A stretch of DNA of 63,652 bases, counting the filler, from Nemertoderma westbladi (lineage: Eukaryota > Animalia > Xenacoelomorpha): assembly GCA_032718475.1 (NCBI GenBank). It is 4 parts of 4 records of this genome, joined end to end, with 100 filler letters (N's around TTAATTAATTAA, not from the genome) between each part and the next. Parts side by side here need not be neighbours in the genome. Positions count along the whole stretch, not along the records: positions 35,051 to 60,103 come from JAUCBJ010007286.1; positions 60,204 to 63,652 come from JAUCBJ010004136.1; 2 more parts are not named here. One strand, given 5' to 3'. Position numbers and translations under genes: made by a program. Below are positions 49,710 through 61,037 of this stretch, piece by piece (positions within the stretch are counted from its first letter, which is position 1; every line of letters starts with the position of its first letter). The notes under the pieces are model-generated. The model saw nothing but the letters and a program-made list of their open reading frames with translations. It ran no database searches and was not told where the DNA came from.

Positions 49710-50290
49710 CCGGAAATGCTAACTTTCTTTATTTGTCAATAAAGACAGAATTCATCGGAAATACCACTGATTCCCTTTATATAATTATTAGAAGTTTCGT
49801 TGGCCTTCCAGAATGTTTCACAGTCCTATGATAGGGGTGATAGCCTAGTTTTCCAAGGTCGTTTCAGGTTGTCATCCTGGCAACTTCGGGCGTTGCAATT
49901 TTGTGCTTGTAATTTAGTAATTTTGTGTAATATTTTTCAATGATTTGCATTTTTTGTTGCATTTTTAATAAACCATAAATTTCTCAATAATTAATATTTT
50001 GATAAATCATTGTCGAGTTTTAATCGATCTTGTACTTTTGTAAAAATTGTGCTTTGTGTCCTTCCGTGTTAATTATTTTTGTTTGTTTCTGTAATGATAT
50101 GATCAAAACATTATAAAATACCAACTTTCTTTATTTGTCAATAAAGAGCGGAAATACCACTGATTCCCTTTATATAACTATTAGAAGTTTCGTTGGCCTT
50201 CCAGAATGTTTACAGTCCTATGATAGGGAGGGGTGATAGTTTTCCAAGGTCGTTTCAGGTTGTCAACTTGGCAACTTCGGGCGTAGCAAT
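49710..50290. repeat. Direct duplication of about 170 bp (49715-49900 and 50120-50290)
   Basis: AACTTTCT..TTATTTGTCAATAAAGA...GGCAACTTCGGGCGT is shared. Confidence 0.85.
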
Positions 50291-50834
50291 TAGGCAAATA
50301 GGCATTACCGACTGTGAAAACTGAAACTGTGAACGTTGTGATTTACAGAGCCTCCTCTGAAAGAAATTAGATGTAATTCTTAAAACTTTCTAAACTTTTT
50401 GTTTGAAAAATTAAGATAATTATTGACTTTCAAACATTGAGCCAGATGGACAGACGGACAATTCTCACAAACTAAATTCACAGACTACGTGGCTCGCCCC
50501 GCAAACAGATTAATTAATTAAACTATCGGTATGATACACAATATGGTTAACTTCAAGTTGAAACACATGGTAGTATTGTTTACATCAAGGTACCATATGG
50601 TCATTGGCTCATTTTTTAAGTTTAGTCGTTTTTTAGGAATTGATTTGAATTTTTTTTGTTCACATTTAAATAATGACCTTTGTTATCCTGCATTTTGATG
50701 CCTGCTATACGATTATAAGTAAAAAAGAAGCTTCATAACAGCTTTCCAAATAGTGACCATAATGGTTCGTGTTGGATACATGTATATATGTATTTAATTA
50801 TGTATAAGTACTCTAAATATATACCGGTATAACT

Positions 50835-53800
50835 ATGAAACATGTCCGTGGACATGAGCGATCATATTGCAAAGAATGTCTAAAAGATGGCGATGAGTGC
50901 ACTGAATACCTCTATTCCCCAGAAAATAGTTCAACGTACAATTGCGCCTATTGCCAGTGCCCACCAACTAAACATGTGAAATTGGACATACTGGTATCTG
51001 GTGCCATAATTTCTGGTATAACTTCGCTTAATAGTACCGGTACTGGTATCAATGACAATGTCACCGAGAGTGCGTATAAAATACTGCAATCCAAATATGG
51101 GATCTGGCAGAAAACATAAGTAATGGCGGTAAAGCAGTACAGCAATATAACAGTATAATAATAATTTCAGAATGTGACTGTAATCAAGGCACCGGCAGAA
51201 AACACCAAAGAACCACATACCAGTAGGGCAGTACAGCAGTAGGGTGCATACATATAACAGTACTGGTAGGTACAATCAAAACCCAACACCAACCGAAAGG
51301 CTACACGTATACAGTATGTATTAGTTTCTGATATAAACAATAAGACAATAGTTCACACCGAGTCACTGTCAAATGTATCAAAAGAAGAGGCCATTTCTAT
51401 TTCAACATTTAACTCAAACTCCTTTAATCCTATGGACTTTCTGACACCGATACCGATTAGGCCTACAAGTGAAGTTAGCAGTGAAGTAATGGCAACTGAA
51501 TCCGACGTATCTAACATTCATAGTTCCAGTGCAACTCCAACTGGTTCCCTTGGAGTTCCATTCCGTGAGTCAACGTCAAAGATATTAAATTTTGAAGAGA
51601 AGTTCGTGAGGGCAATCCTTTTGTCAACAGTTCAAGGTCGGGCACTATTGAGCCAGAGTGATTTGAAGGAAGGCGACCGACAATGTTTAGTATCGTGTAT
51701 AATATCTTACATGCTCGATTTAGGGGATGTAAACCCTACAAAATTGAACATGGCAGCTAATGAAATATCGGAAATATTTACAGTGGAGTCAAAAGAGACA
51801 TACTTTCACAGGCGTCAAGTTGTTAAGAAACATACTTATGGAGCTGTAGACAAATCGTATGAGGCAATGGTTATGGGTGGAAAGCTGTATAACAAACTTC
51901 TCGTTGCGAAAAAGAAACTCAAAAAAATTACCGGAAAGTAGGACAAAATTGTCACACCACCTAACCAATTACAGTCGCTGGAAAGCTTCAATTTTCAGGA
52001 GTTGGCCCTGGAGGCAGAAGATAGTGTCCAATTCTTACTGTTAAATGGGTATTCAAAAACCCATAATGTTGAATCGTCTACATATCGTGTTGTGGGTTTT
52101 CATAAAGATGTCCTTCGGATGGCCCACTTTCCCTATATGTGGGATAATTCCTACATTCAGGAGGTCCTTGATATTGATTTCAAAACGTTTGTTGTTCTTA
52201 ACAAACTGGATGTTAATGATTCAATCTTATTTGAGAAGAAGTTTGAGGATATATGTAACGTAATTGTAGACTCACTTACTGGCCCCCAAATAGTTGTCAT
52301 GAATAAAACAGCTCAAGGGTTACAAGACAGTATTATCGGCAAAGCATTATCAACTACTACTACTAAGATCGGCATGCTGCATTGCAGCTGCATTTTTAAG
52401 AATGCTGTGCCGGCTTGTCAACAAAATTGCACCGCCACAACTCCCTATCACCCATGACATTTGCTAGATCATCCGCATCTATAAGGCCAGTGTCCTTTAA
52501 GATGCGTCTCAAGAAAGTCATGGGCTGTCCACCATGCTTATTCACTCCATGAGGCTGCCAAAGTACAAGATTATGCACTGGCTGGTCCTCACGGCGAAAG
52601 CAATGTCCTGCAAAGCGGAGGCGATTTTGTTCTAGTGTCAAGCTTGGGGGAACCAATGAGACACCTCCAATGTTATATAGTGTCTGGTTGGAGATGTGTG
52701 CATTGAACTTGACACAATGAACCCGGCGTAGCATTCTTGTGAATGTGCCATCCAGAGATTTGGTGTCCTCAGCAGTTAGATCCCAGCATGGACTCCCGTA
52801 GAGGAGTACTGGAACTACTGCTGCTCTAAATAATCGGACCTTAAGTTTCCGATTAATTCTCGGTGACTTCCAAATCCTGGAAAGCCTATTCAAGGCTGCC
52901 CATTCCTTTCCCTTACGTATTCGAAGGTCCTCACCTGACTTCCGGATCCATGATCCCAGGTAACAGAAGTCGTCCACATGCTCAAGCATACCATCCTTTG
53001 AGCTTATGCTCATCCGATCAGAGACTTGCTGAGGACTTTCAAAGTTAACTGTCAAAATTTTGGTCTTTCTGGAGTTAATAAAAAGACCAACACTAGAAGC
53101 AGCATTTTCTAATGAGCTGAGGAGCCGCTGGGCTCCCTCCAATGATTCTGAGAGTACTCCTAAGTCATCAGCAAAGTCCAGATCAGTTAGGTACTTGGCA
53201 GGATTTCCTCGACTTCTGGAGCCAGTAGGTGGAGTTATCATCACCCCATCATCATTATGATGATCTAAGGACATGCGTAGAACATAGTCAACCACAATAA
53301 TGAACAAGAATGGTGCAAGTGTGTCTCCTTGGAGGACGCCCCATAACACTTCAAATGGTTCTGTGTCACCATCAACAGTAGACACAAATATTGTTGAACC
53401 ATCATACTGATCTGATCTGCATTATCAACACTACCGTTGAAACTCTGTCATAAGGTTTATATAGCCATTCCAGATTCAAAATCGAAACGCAAAGCTTGGC
53501 GTCCATCAGTTGCCGATTGTCAGGATGGTTTTTTGATATCTGTGGCAGACCATGCCGAGCTTGATCGCAAGGTCACTGACATGGCCGATTCATATATTGA
53601 TAAAGGTTTAACATCAGCCCATTTATTGTATATTGTCGTGATACAAAGCAATCAATTGTGATCTATCATGATAAACGGTTTATATGTTGTTCCATTATTC
53701 AGGCGATTGATATTATAATGAAGCTTGTCTTTGTCCTTAATCTTGACCATCAACACGTTTGTAGAAATATATGGTTGTTTTTGGAACGCCTGTACAACAT

Positions 53801-53852
53801 AGCACCATCACAAGCAAGTTCCGTTGTTTCATCGTTTTATTCTGATGTATGA
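50835..53852 (+). pseudogene. Accessory ORF of an EnSpm/CACTA-like element, split by an RTE insertion
   Basis: N-terminal Cys/His cluster (CKEC...C...CAYC.CPP.KH) and GGKLYNK. C-terminal WRPS..DC..GF and SIIQAID...KLVFVLNL.....C..IW.FL resemble the second ORF of animal EnSpm-like elements. The frame is restored when 52355-53429 is removed. Confidence 0.6.
52355..53418 (-). mobile_element. 5'-truncated RTE LINE insertion with 11-bp TSD (ORF 52396-53385)
   Basis: GVLQGDTLAPFLF, DLDFADD and FCYLGS. (TAG)n 3' tail at 52355-52365. TSD GCATTATCAAC at 52344-52354 and 53419-53429. Confidence 0.95.
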
Positions 53853-54404
53853 TGATGATTAGCTGACGTAGGATTCTGATGTACCCGTATTTGCAATAAT
53901 TATTCTCTATATTGCGGATGGTTGAGAAAATAAGTGATGCAAGGTGCAATATCTTATGATTTGTTATAAAAATTTATGATAAAAATTATATATTTGCCTT
54001 GCCTAGACAAAGGATTGTGTTTAATCTTGTTTACTGTTTTACTAAAAATCACCCATCCATCATAGTAATTTAATGACCAGAAGCAAAAATCACTTTTTTG
54101 TATAAAAATGCCCTACTGTTAACTATTTTTTGTATCCACCCGCACTATATAGCAATTAATAAATGTGACTCTACTTATGCTAAGTGGGGGAGGAGGGGGG
54201 GGGGGGGGGGGGGGTCTGTAATTTGTCATAATAAGTCGATTTATAATTGTAAATTTGTTCATACAATATTCATATACAAGAATATTATCTGTAATATATG
54301 TAAGAACTAACTTTGTTAATTTTTTTTGTAGTTGTATGTCACTTTAGACTGTATGCTATCTTAGGTAGTTTTTAGTTATATTGTTATGAAATTATTCTGT
54401 TATT

Positions 54405-56937
54405 ATGTTGTATTGCACATATTGTGGTGCTGACTGTGTTAACCTGAATTTTTACAGAGATCATCTTAAGATATTGCATTGTGTTGATGTTCACAATGTT
54501 AGACTGATTTGTAATCAGGATTGGTGTAAGTTAGACTTTCATAGGTTTCAAACTTTGGCACTTTGGAACTTTGTGTGTTCATATTAACACACAACATGCA
54601 CACTGTATTGCTGATAATGTCCAAGTGGTAACTGAATCAGAATCCGTGGCATCTACTGGTGCTGTAGACTCTAATTGTATTCTAGATTTATATGATGATA
54701 AATGGACAATGAGGTTTCTCCTGTAGAGCGATTACGACAACTTTTGTCTAGTTCCATTAAGGTAATCAACGGTAAAGTTTGCAACATTGATGCTCTCAAC
54801 TTTATTTTGGAGCTGCGCAGTAGTGATTCTGTTCCTTTGTCAACTATTCAGAAGATGATTAATGACTTGATACCTTTTTCTGTAAAAGTATTTCTGTTAT
54901 TGAAGAAGCACTTTGCAATACATTAGATAAATTGGATCTTAATTCAAACTCTGATTTTGTTGTCATTAAAGATGCTCTAAAGATTTATAGCAGTCCATTT
55001 CAGAACATTCTTACTCAATATCTTCAGGAAAAGATACTGGATGAGTTAGGGTATTTTATTCCACCAAAAGACTTTATAATTGACCAGGCAATTGATGCGC
55101 ATAAAACGACTACTGACCTGGTATATAAAAATAAGCTATTAACGGGGCAATATATTCCTGTTCAACAACTATTAGAACGATTTTTTTTCTTTGCCTGATG
55201 TCTTTCCGACTCTTCTCAATTATTTGCATGATGTTGGTAATAGTGTAAAAAGTCAAATATGTGATTTTAAGGATGGCCATTTATGGGTGAATAATGAGAT
55301 GAGAATGAGAATAATTAAACACCAAAATACAGAACGAACATTGGTTGTACCTGGTTTCTTCTACCATGATGATTTCGAAGTGGCCAATCCTCTAGGTTCC
55401 AAAGCTAAGATACACAAAGTTGGTAATGTTTTCCTAACATTGAAAGGACTTCCTCCACTTGTAAATTGTAGAGTGGCAAACCTACTCTTCCTTCTAATGC
55501 ATTTTTCCTCTGATCGTTCACAATTTGGAAATAAAAAGACATTTTATATACTTCTTAACATATTTAAACATTTGGAATCACATGGTATGAACTTCATTTA
55601 TGATCAAATCCAATACAAAGTTTATATTGTTATTATTCAAATCCATGGCGACAATTTGGACATGAATTCCTTACTAGGATTCATAGAAGGATTCACTGGT
55701 AATTATCCATGTCGGCGATGCAAATGTTTAAGATTAAACATCGTTAGGACATTGACAGCCGATCCACTTTTGTACCGAAAAATTACCAATTATGAGGATG
55801 ATTTACAGGTAGATGCTGGAACGTTTTTGTTTTAATGAACTACCTTCGTTTCATGTTTATAGTAATTATACCTATGATATAATGCACGATTTACTTGAAG
55901 GTGTTTGTGAGTATGTCCTTATCTTTATGACCTCCTCTTCATTAAGAAATATTTTTCCTCAAACGATCTTAATAGGCACATCAAGGCTTTCGATTTTGAT
56001 CATTCCTCACAACCACCATTCTTTGATGATGACAAACTTAGAAAGAAAAAAATGAACTTGTCAGCTGTGCAGATGCTCAATCTGACTCTAGCTCTTCCAC
56101 TTTTAATTGGGAAATATATCAAAGAGGGTGATGAATCATGGCTTGTATTTTTAAAATTAAGGGAGGTTTCATTGCCTTGCACCATCATTTACTGAATCTG
56201 AAATTTGTCATTTTTCATCAATCATTACATAATTTTTGGAAGTTTATATTAATACATTTAATATAAACTGTTTGCAATTGAAATTCCTTAACTTAATACA
56301 TTATCCAGAAACCATTAGGAAGGTGGGTCCACTATTATGGATGTGGGCAATGCGTTGTGAAGCAAAGCATGGCCCAATTAAGCGTACAGCTTCCATTGTA
56401 TGTAATTTTAAAAATATACCAAAAACTCTCTCAAAGCGTCATCAGTTAACTCAAGCATATAGATTTTTGTCAAATGTTGGCTTAACCTCGCACAATGTTA
56501 TATCAAAATCGTCCACTACCATCCAGCTAAGTAGCTTAACTAATGAAAGTGATATTAATTTAATATTAAATGGCTATGGTCTATTGAAGGATATACATTT
56601 ATGTGCTGATATTGAAATTTGTTCCATAATTTACAAAAAAGGTTTAATACTATGTGTTGGTATGGAATTAAATTCCAATTTTTATATTACTATTCCTAAA
56701 TTTTGCGAAATATCTTATATTTTCACAAATGGAAATAATTACTACATAATATGTGAAAAATTGCCTCTGGCTGGATTTTGTGACCACTTACAAGCTTTTG
56801 AAGTTGAGTCATCAATTGCGAGTGTTGTTAATCCATATTGTTGTATTAGTGATGTTAATGAATTGATGTCACCTTGGCCTTTGCGAAAACACATAGTTAA
56901 TAATACTATTTTTGTCGCATTGTGGCATCGATTGTAA
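54405..56937 (+). pseudogene. EnSpm/CACTA (CMC)-like transposase, multiply frameshifted
   Basis: N-terminal C2H2-like fingers, then YHDDFEVANPLGSKA..HK, GDNL...SLLGF.E.F...YPCR.C, DIMHDLLEGV and HYP..IR..GPL...W.MR.EAKH. Confidence 0.88.
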
Positions 56938-57589
56938 TTTGGTGTTATGTAATTGATTGCAATTTGGTGTTATGTAATCGATTGTAATTTGGTGTTATGT
57001 AATCGATTGTAATTTGGTGTTATGTAATCGATTGTAATTTGGTGTTATGTAATCGATTGTAATTGGGTGTTATGTAATCGATTGTAATTTGGTGTTATGT
57101 AATCGATTGTAATTTGGTGTTATGTAATCTATTGTAATTTGGTGGTATGTAATCGATTGTAATTTGGTGTTATGTAATCGATTGTAATTTGGTGTTATGT
57201 AATCGATTGTAATATGGTGTTATGTAATCGATTGTAATTTGGTGTTATGTAATCGATTGTAATTTGGTGTTATGTAATCGATTGTAATTTGGTGTTATGT
57301 AATCGATTGTAATTTGGTGTTATGTAATCGATTGTAATTTGGTGTTATGTAATCGATTGTAATTTGGTGTTACGTAATCGATTGTAATTTGGTGTTATGT
57401 AATCGATTGTAATTGGGTGTTATGTAATCGATTGTAATTTGGTGTTATGTAATCGATTGTAATTTGGTGTTATGTAATCGATTGTAATTTGGTGGTATGT
57501 AATCAATTGTAATTTGGTGTTATGTAATCGATTGTAATTTGGTGTTATGTAATCGATTGTAATTTGGTGTTATGTAATCGATTGTAATA
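56927..57589. repeat. 25-bp minisatellite ATCGATTGTAATTTGGTGTTATGTA, about 26 copies
   Basis: Directly visible and highly homogeneous. The first unit overlaps the transposase stop codon. Confidence 0.97.
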
Positions 57590-60103
57590 TATCAATTTTA
57601 TGTGTTCAGGGGGGTAATTTTTCGATATCGGTATTGGTATGCGTAGGTACAGAAGATTAGTATGCCTTCCGAAATGAGTTGGCCTCCCGAGACGTAGTGC
57701 TGCAATCTGATACTGAACTGGTTACCTGTGCCTTGTAACAGCTTAAAAATTATGGTTATTTTTAGGGGTGTGCCGCATATCCGGCCGGATTTTGAGAAAT
57801 TTTTTGTGAACCGAAACTGAAAAAAAAAGATTTATTCGAACTGAGACTACGTGACCGACCAGTTGAATTATGGCTTTTCATTAGAAAAAAAAACAGGCAA
57901 AATAGCATAAAAAATAATAAAATTTAGCAACTTTTTTAATAATTTTCCTTTTTAATAAAATTAATTTCTCGAAAATTCATAATTAAAATATTCTAAAAAT
58001 ATCTAGAACACTCAATATACGTTCTAGAAAATTTATCAAGGAAATAAAACTGACAAAAATGCATGAAAATTTGTTGAAAAAATGCAACGAAAATGTTGGC
58101 ACTCGCGGAACTGTTCCCTTATTATCTATACCTGTACTGTAGTTTCCGAGTTTGTATGCATACAGCCTTAAGAATTATGTAATTAGTAGCTATTGGGAAT
58201 GATATTGATCAATATCGAAATATATTTAGCTAATTATTGTATTTTATTATTTCACCTCCGATAAATAATACAGAACTGCTCAAAACTAGCTAGTATAAAA
58301 AATAAAAAATGTGTTCTAGAACAAAAATATTTGTTCTGGAACAAAAAAAAGTGTTCTAGAATAAAAATATTTATCAAAATTGATAGCTAGCACATCTTAT
58401 ATAACATTTATAAAGAATGACTAAAGCTAGCTAGTATATAAAATCTGGTCAATGGGTACCCAAGATGTACATATAGCCATAATTTATAATAAAATTAGTC
58501 AATTAAAAAAAAATGTTCTAGAACAAAAATTATTTGTTCTAGAATATAATTTTTTTACCTACCAATAGCATAAAAAGTAACAAAAACTAGCTATAGTAGC
58601 AAAAACTCGTTTATGGGTACACATACTATAGAAGTTCCGCAGTAATCTACTCATAAACTTTTCAAAGCGGTTTCCCATGAGATTCTTCTTTGTATCTCTT
58701 TTCTCTTTCACAAGATGAGAAATTTTGCGAACATCCATGCATATTCCTTCTATCCTTAAGCTCTGAGTATGGGCTCCAGGAGTGACATTGGTCAAAAAAA
58801 TTTAGTCAAAAAGTGGGTTGGCATGCCATACTAATGCACACAATTTATTATAATTTTCACGAAATATTTGAGTTTCTGATGTACACGAAAGTTTCCATGT
58901 GTTTACTGTGTAATTTTGACCATCAAGTTGTGTAAAATTTTGCAAAATTTTCAACTTAGCTAGTTTTTAGTACGCCTTGGATTCTACCCAAAGTGGTAGC
59001 TAGTATTAAGTTAATGTGAAACAAGAACAGTCAGCATAATTTCGATGCAAATAAGGGTGCATGTAAAGAGCGGACTGCGGACTGGTGGACTACGGATTGC
59101 CAAAATCCGCGTGGTCAATTTGAATTATCGACTTCCAAAGTAAGAATCTGCTCTTTGTTGTCTGGACAAATGGCGGTCTGAAGCCGGTAAATTGTAACCT
59201 GATTGGCTCAATCATTTACATAGGCTGAAAGGGAACTTAAAGAATGAATCATCCCATTGGCTTTTAAATGTTTACCAATGTGCAACACTGTAATACAGGA
59301 AATAATTATCCTATACAGTTAAGGGCCTACTATATAATCAACATTCTACGGATTATCAGATTATTAATTTCAATAAATATTTTTATATACTTCCTGCCTT
59401 TAGAGTTTATGTCACAGTTGTCTGTTCGCAAATATAAAAGAGCGAATATTCGGACATCCTAACTGAGCCAACCTCCCCCCCATTTTCACGGTTCACACCT
59501 TCAAGTAATAAACATAACTCTGCTTCGGCAGCAGAAGTACATACTTCTGTAGTCACAAAGTCTGCATCCAAAGTAGAGTTACGAATCATACTTAAAAGTG
59601 TGAACCGGCCTTAACCTGAGATATTTTAATGAAAGTTCAAGAGTTCTTCCTACTGCCTACATAATAGGTTAGCAAAAAGTTTTAACTTTTAAGAAGAGTT
59701 ATTCCGACATAATAATAAGAGTTTTAACTTTTAAGAAGAGTTACAGTATTCCTATAATAAGAGTTTTAAGAAGTTTCTAAAGAATATCATTCATCTTGGT
59801 CTGATGAAACTTTGACTTTAACTCGAAACAATATCGGATCATTCTTATTTGTCGAGTAAGTACTGTATGTCTAAAATGAAACCCGTTTCCTTCATTATCC
59901 AAAAATGTCGAAATATGAGACCCTGTACGTACATCGGTACGCACCCATTGCATCGATAGAATAATTTTCCACATTCTCTTTTCCTACTTAATTGGAATCA
60001 AAAACAAACGTACAGTTACATAAAACTCTCAATCTGGCGTTTAGCCGTAAAATCACACACCTTATCACCTGCTGAGAGCTTTATCATCTGCTTTACTAAG
60101 TCA

Positions 60104-60203
60104 NNNNNNNNNNNNNNNNNNNNNNNNNNNNNNNNNNNNNNNNNNNNTTAATTAATTAANNNNNNNNNNNNNNNNNNNNNNNNNNNNNNNNNNNNNNNNN
60201 NNN
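60104..60203. other. Artificial contig spacer
   Basis: 44N-TTAATTAATTAA-44N. Confidence 0.97.
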
Positions 60204-60782
60204 TAGAGAGGAATGCGTGATTAGAGGCGCCTCATTGTTATGATACGGGCTGCCTGGATATAGGAAAGGGACAAAGCGACGTCGGCTATAGTGGGAACAA
60301 TGGAGGACCGCTTGAGCATTAGCCTTGGGCGATATATGAATTTGCTGTAGTCATCGATGGGGCTGCTAACAGACGGGAACCGCTCATTTATATTTGCCTT
60401 GGGGGTATACGTATAGATTCACTGCCTGTTGTATCTAGTTAATGAATAATGAGGACAGAGGAGGGGTCCCCCCGCCGATGAACGCAGTTGATAGTTGCCA
60501 GTAGGGAGCCGTATACCATAGCCATTATAAAGTTACAAATAGATATTATGTCATAGTGATCTCGTTGGTAATATAAAAACTAATTAATCTAAAAATAGAA
60601 ATCAATGTATAAAGTAAAAGTAATACAATTAATTAATTTAAAATAAAGTACAAATGAATAATTAATTTAGAATTAAATACAAATAAAATAAAATGCAAAT
60701 AATTAATTAAAATTAGGTATAAATAAATAAGTATTAATGAATAAAAGAGCCGCGGTGTCACTTATGACACCCTCTTGGGCCT

Positions 60783-61022
60783 CTCGGCGACAGTTAGACC
60801 CAACTCATGACTCATCGCTTAGGAATGTGACGCCTTGGGTGTCATTGGCGCCAGACTGTCTGGGTGACACCTCCCAATTAGACTAATTAATTGATGACAC
60901 CTGTCAATTAGGGTCTAATTAGCCTAATTGGGAGGTGTCACCCAGACAGTCTGGCGCCAATGACACCCAAGGCGTCACATTCCTAAGCGATGAGTCATGA
61001 GTTGGGTCTAACTGTCGCCGAG
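60783..61022. repeat. Near-perfect palindrome: 107-bp arms (60783-60889, 60916-61022), 26-nt spacer
   Basis: The arms are reverse complements with one mismatch seen (60882). Confidence 0.95.
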
Positions 61023-61037
61023 CCGGCCAAGACCCTA

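Noticed and set aside
9877-57589. CRISPR-like arrays (21-, 22-, 25-, 30- and 38-bp repeats)
   Set aside because: Units are head-to-tail without unique spacers, there are no cas genes, and the context is eukaryotic.
57765-58830. hAT-like element starting TAGGGGTGTGCC with GTTCTAGAAC sub-repeats
   Set aside because: Probably a repeat, but no matching right TIR or TSD was found, so it was not called.
60204-60540. Minus-strand IDDYSKF peptide as a retroviral-type integrase
   Set aside because: A single short motif without the other DDE blocks, next to a gap; insufficient support.
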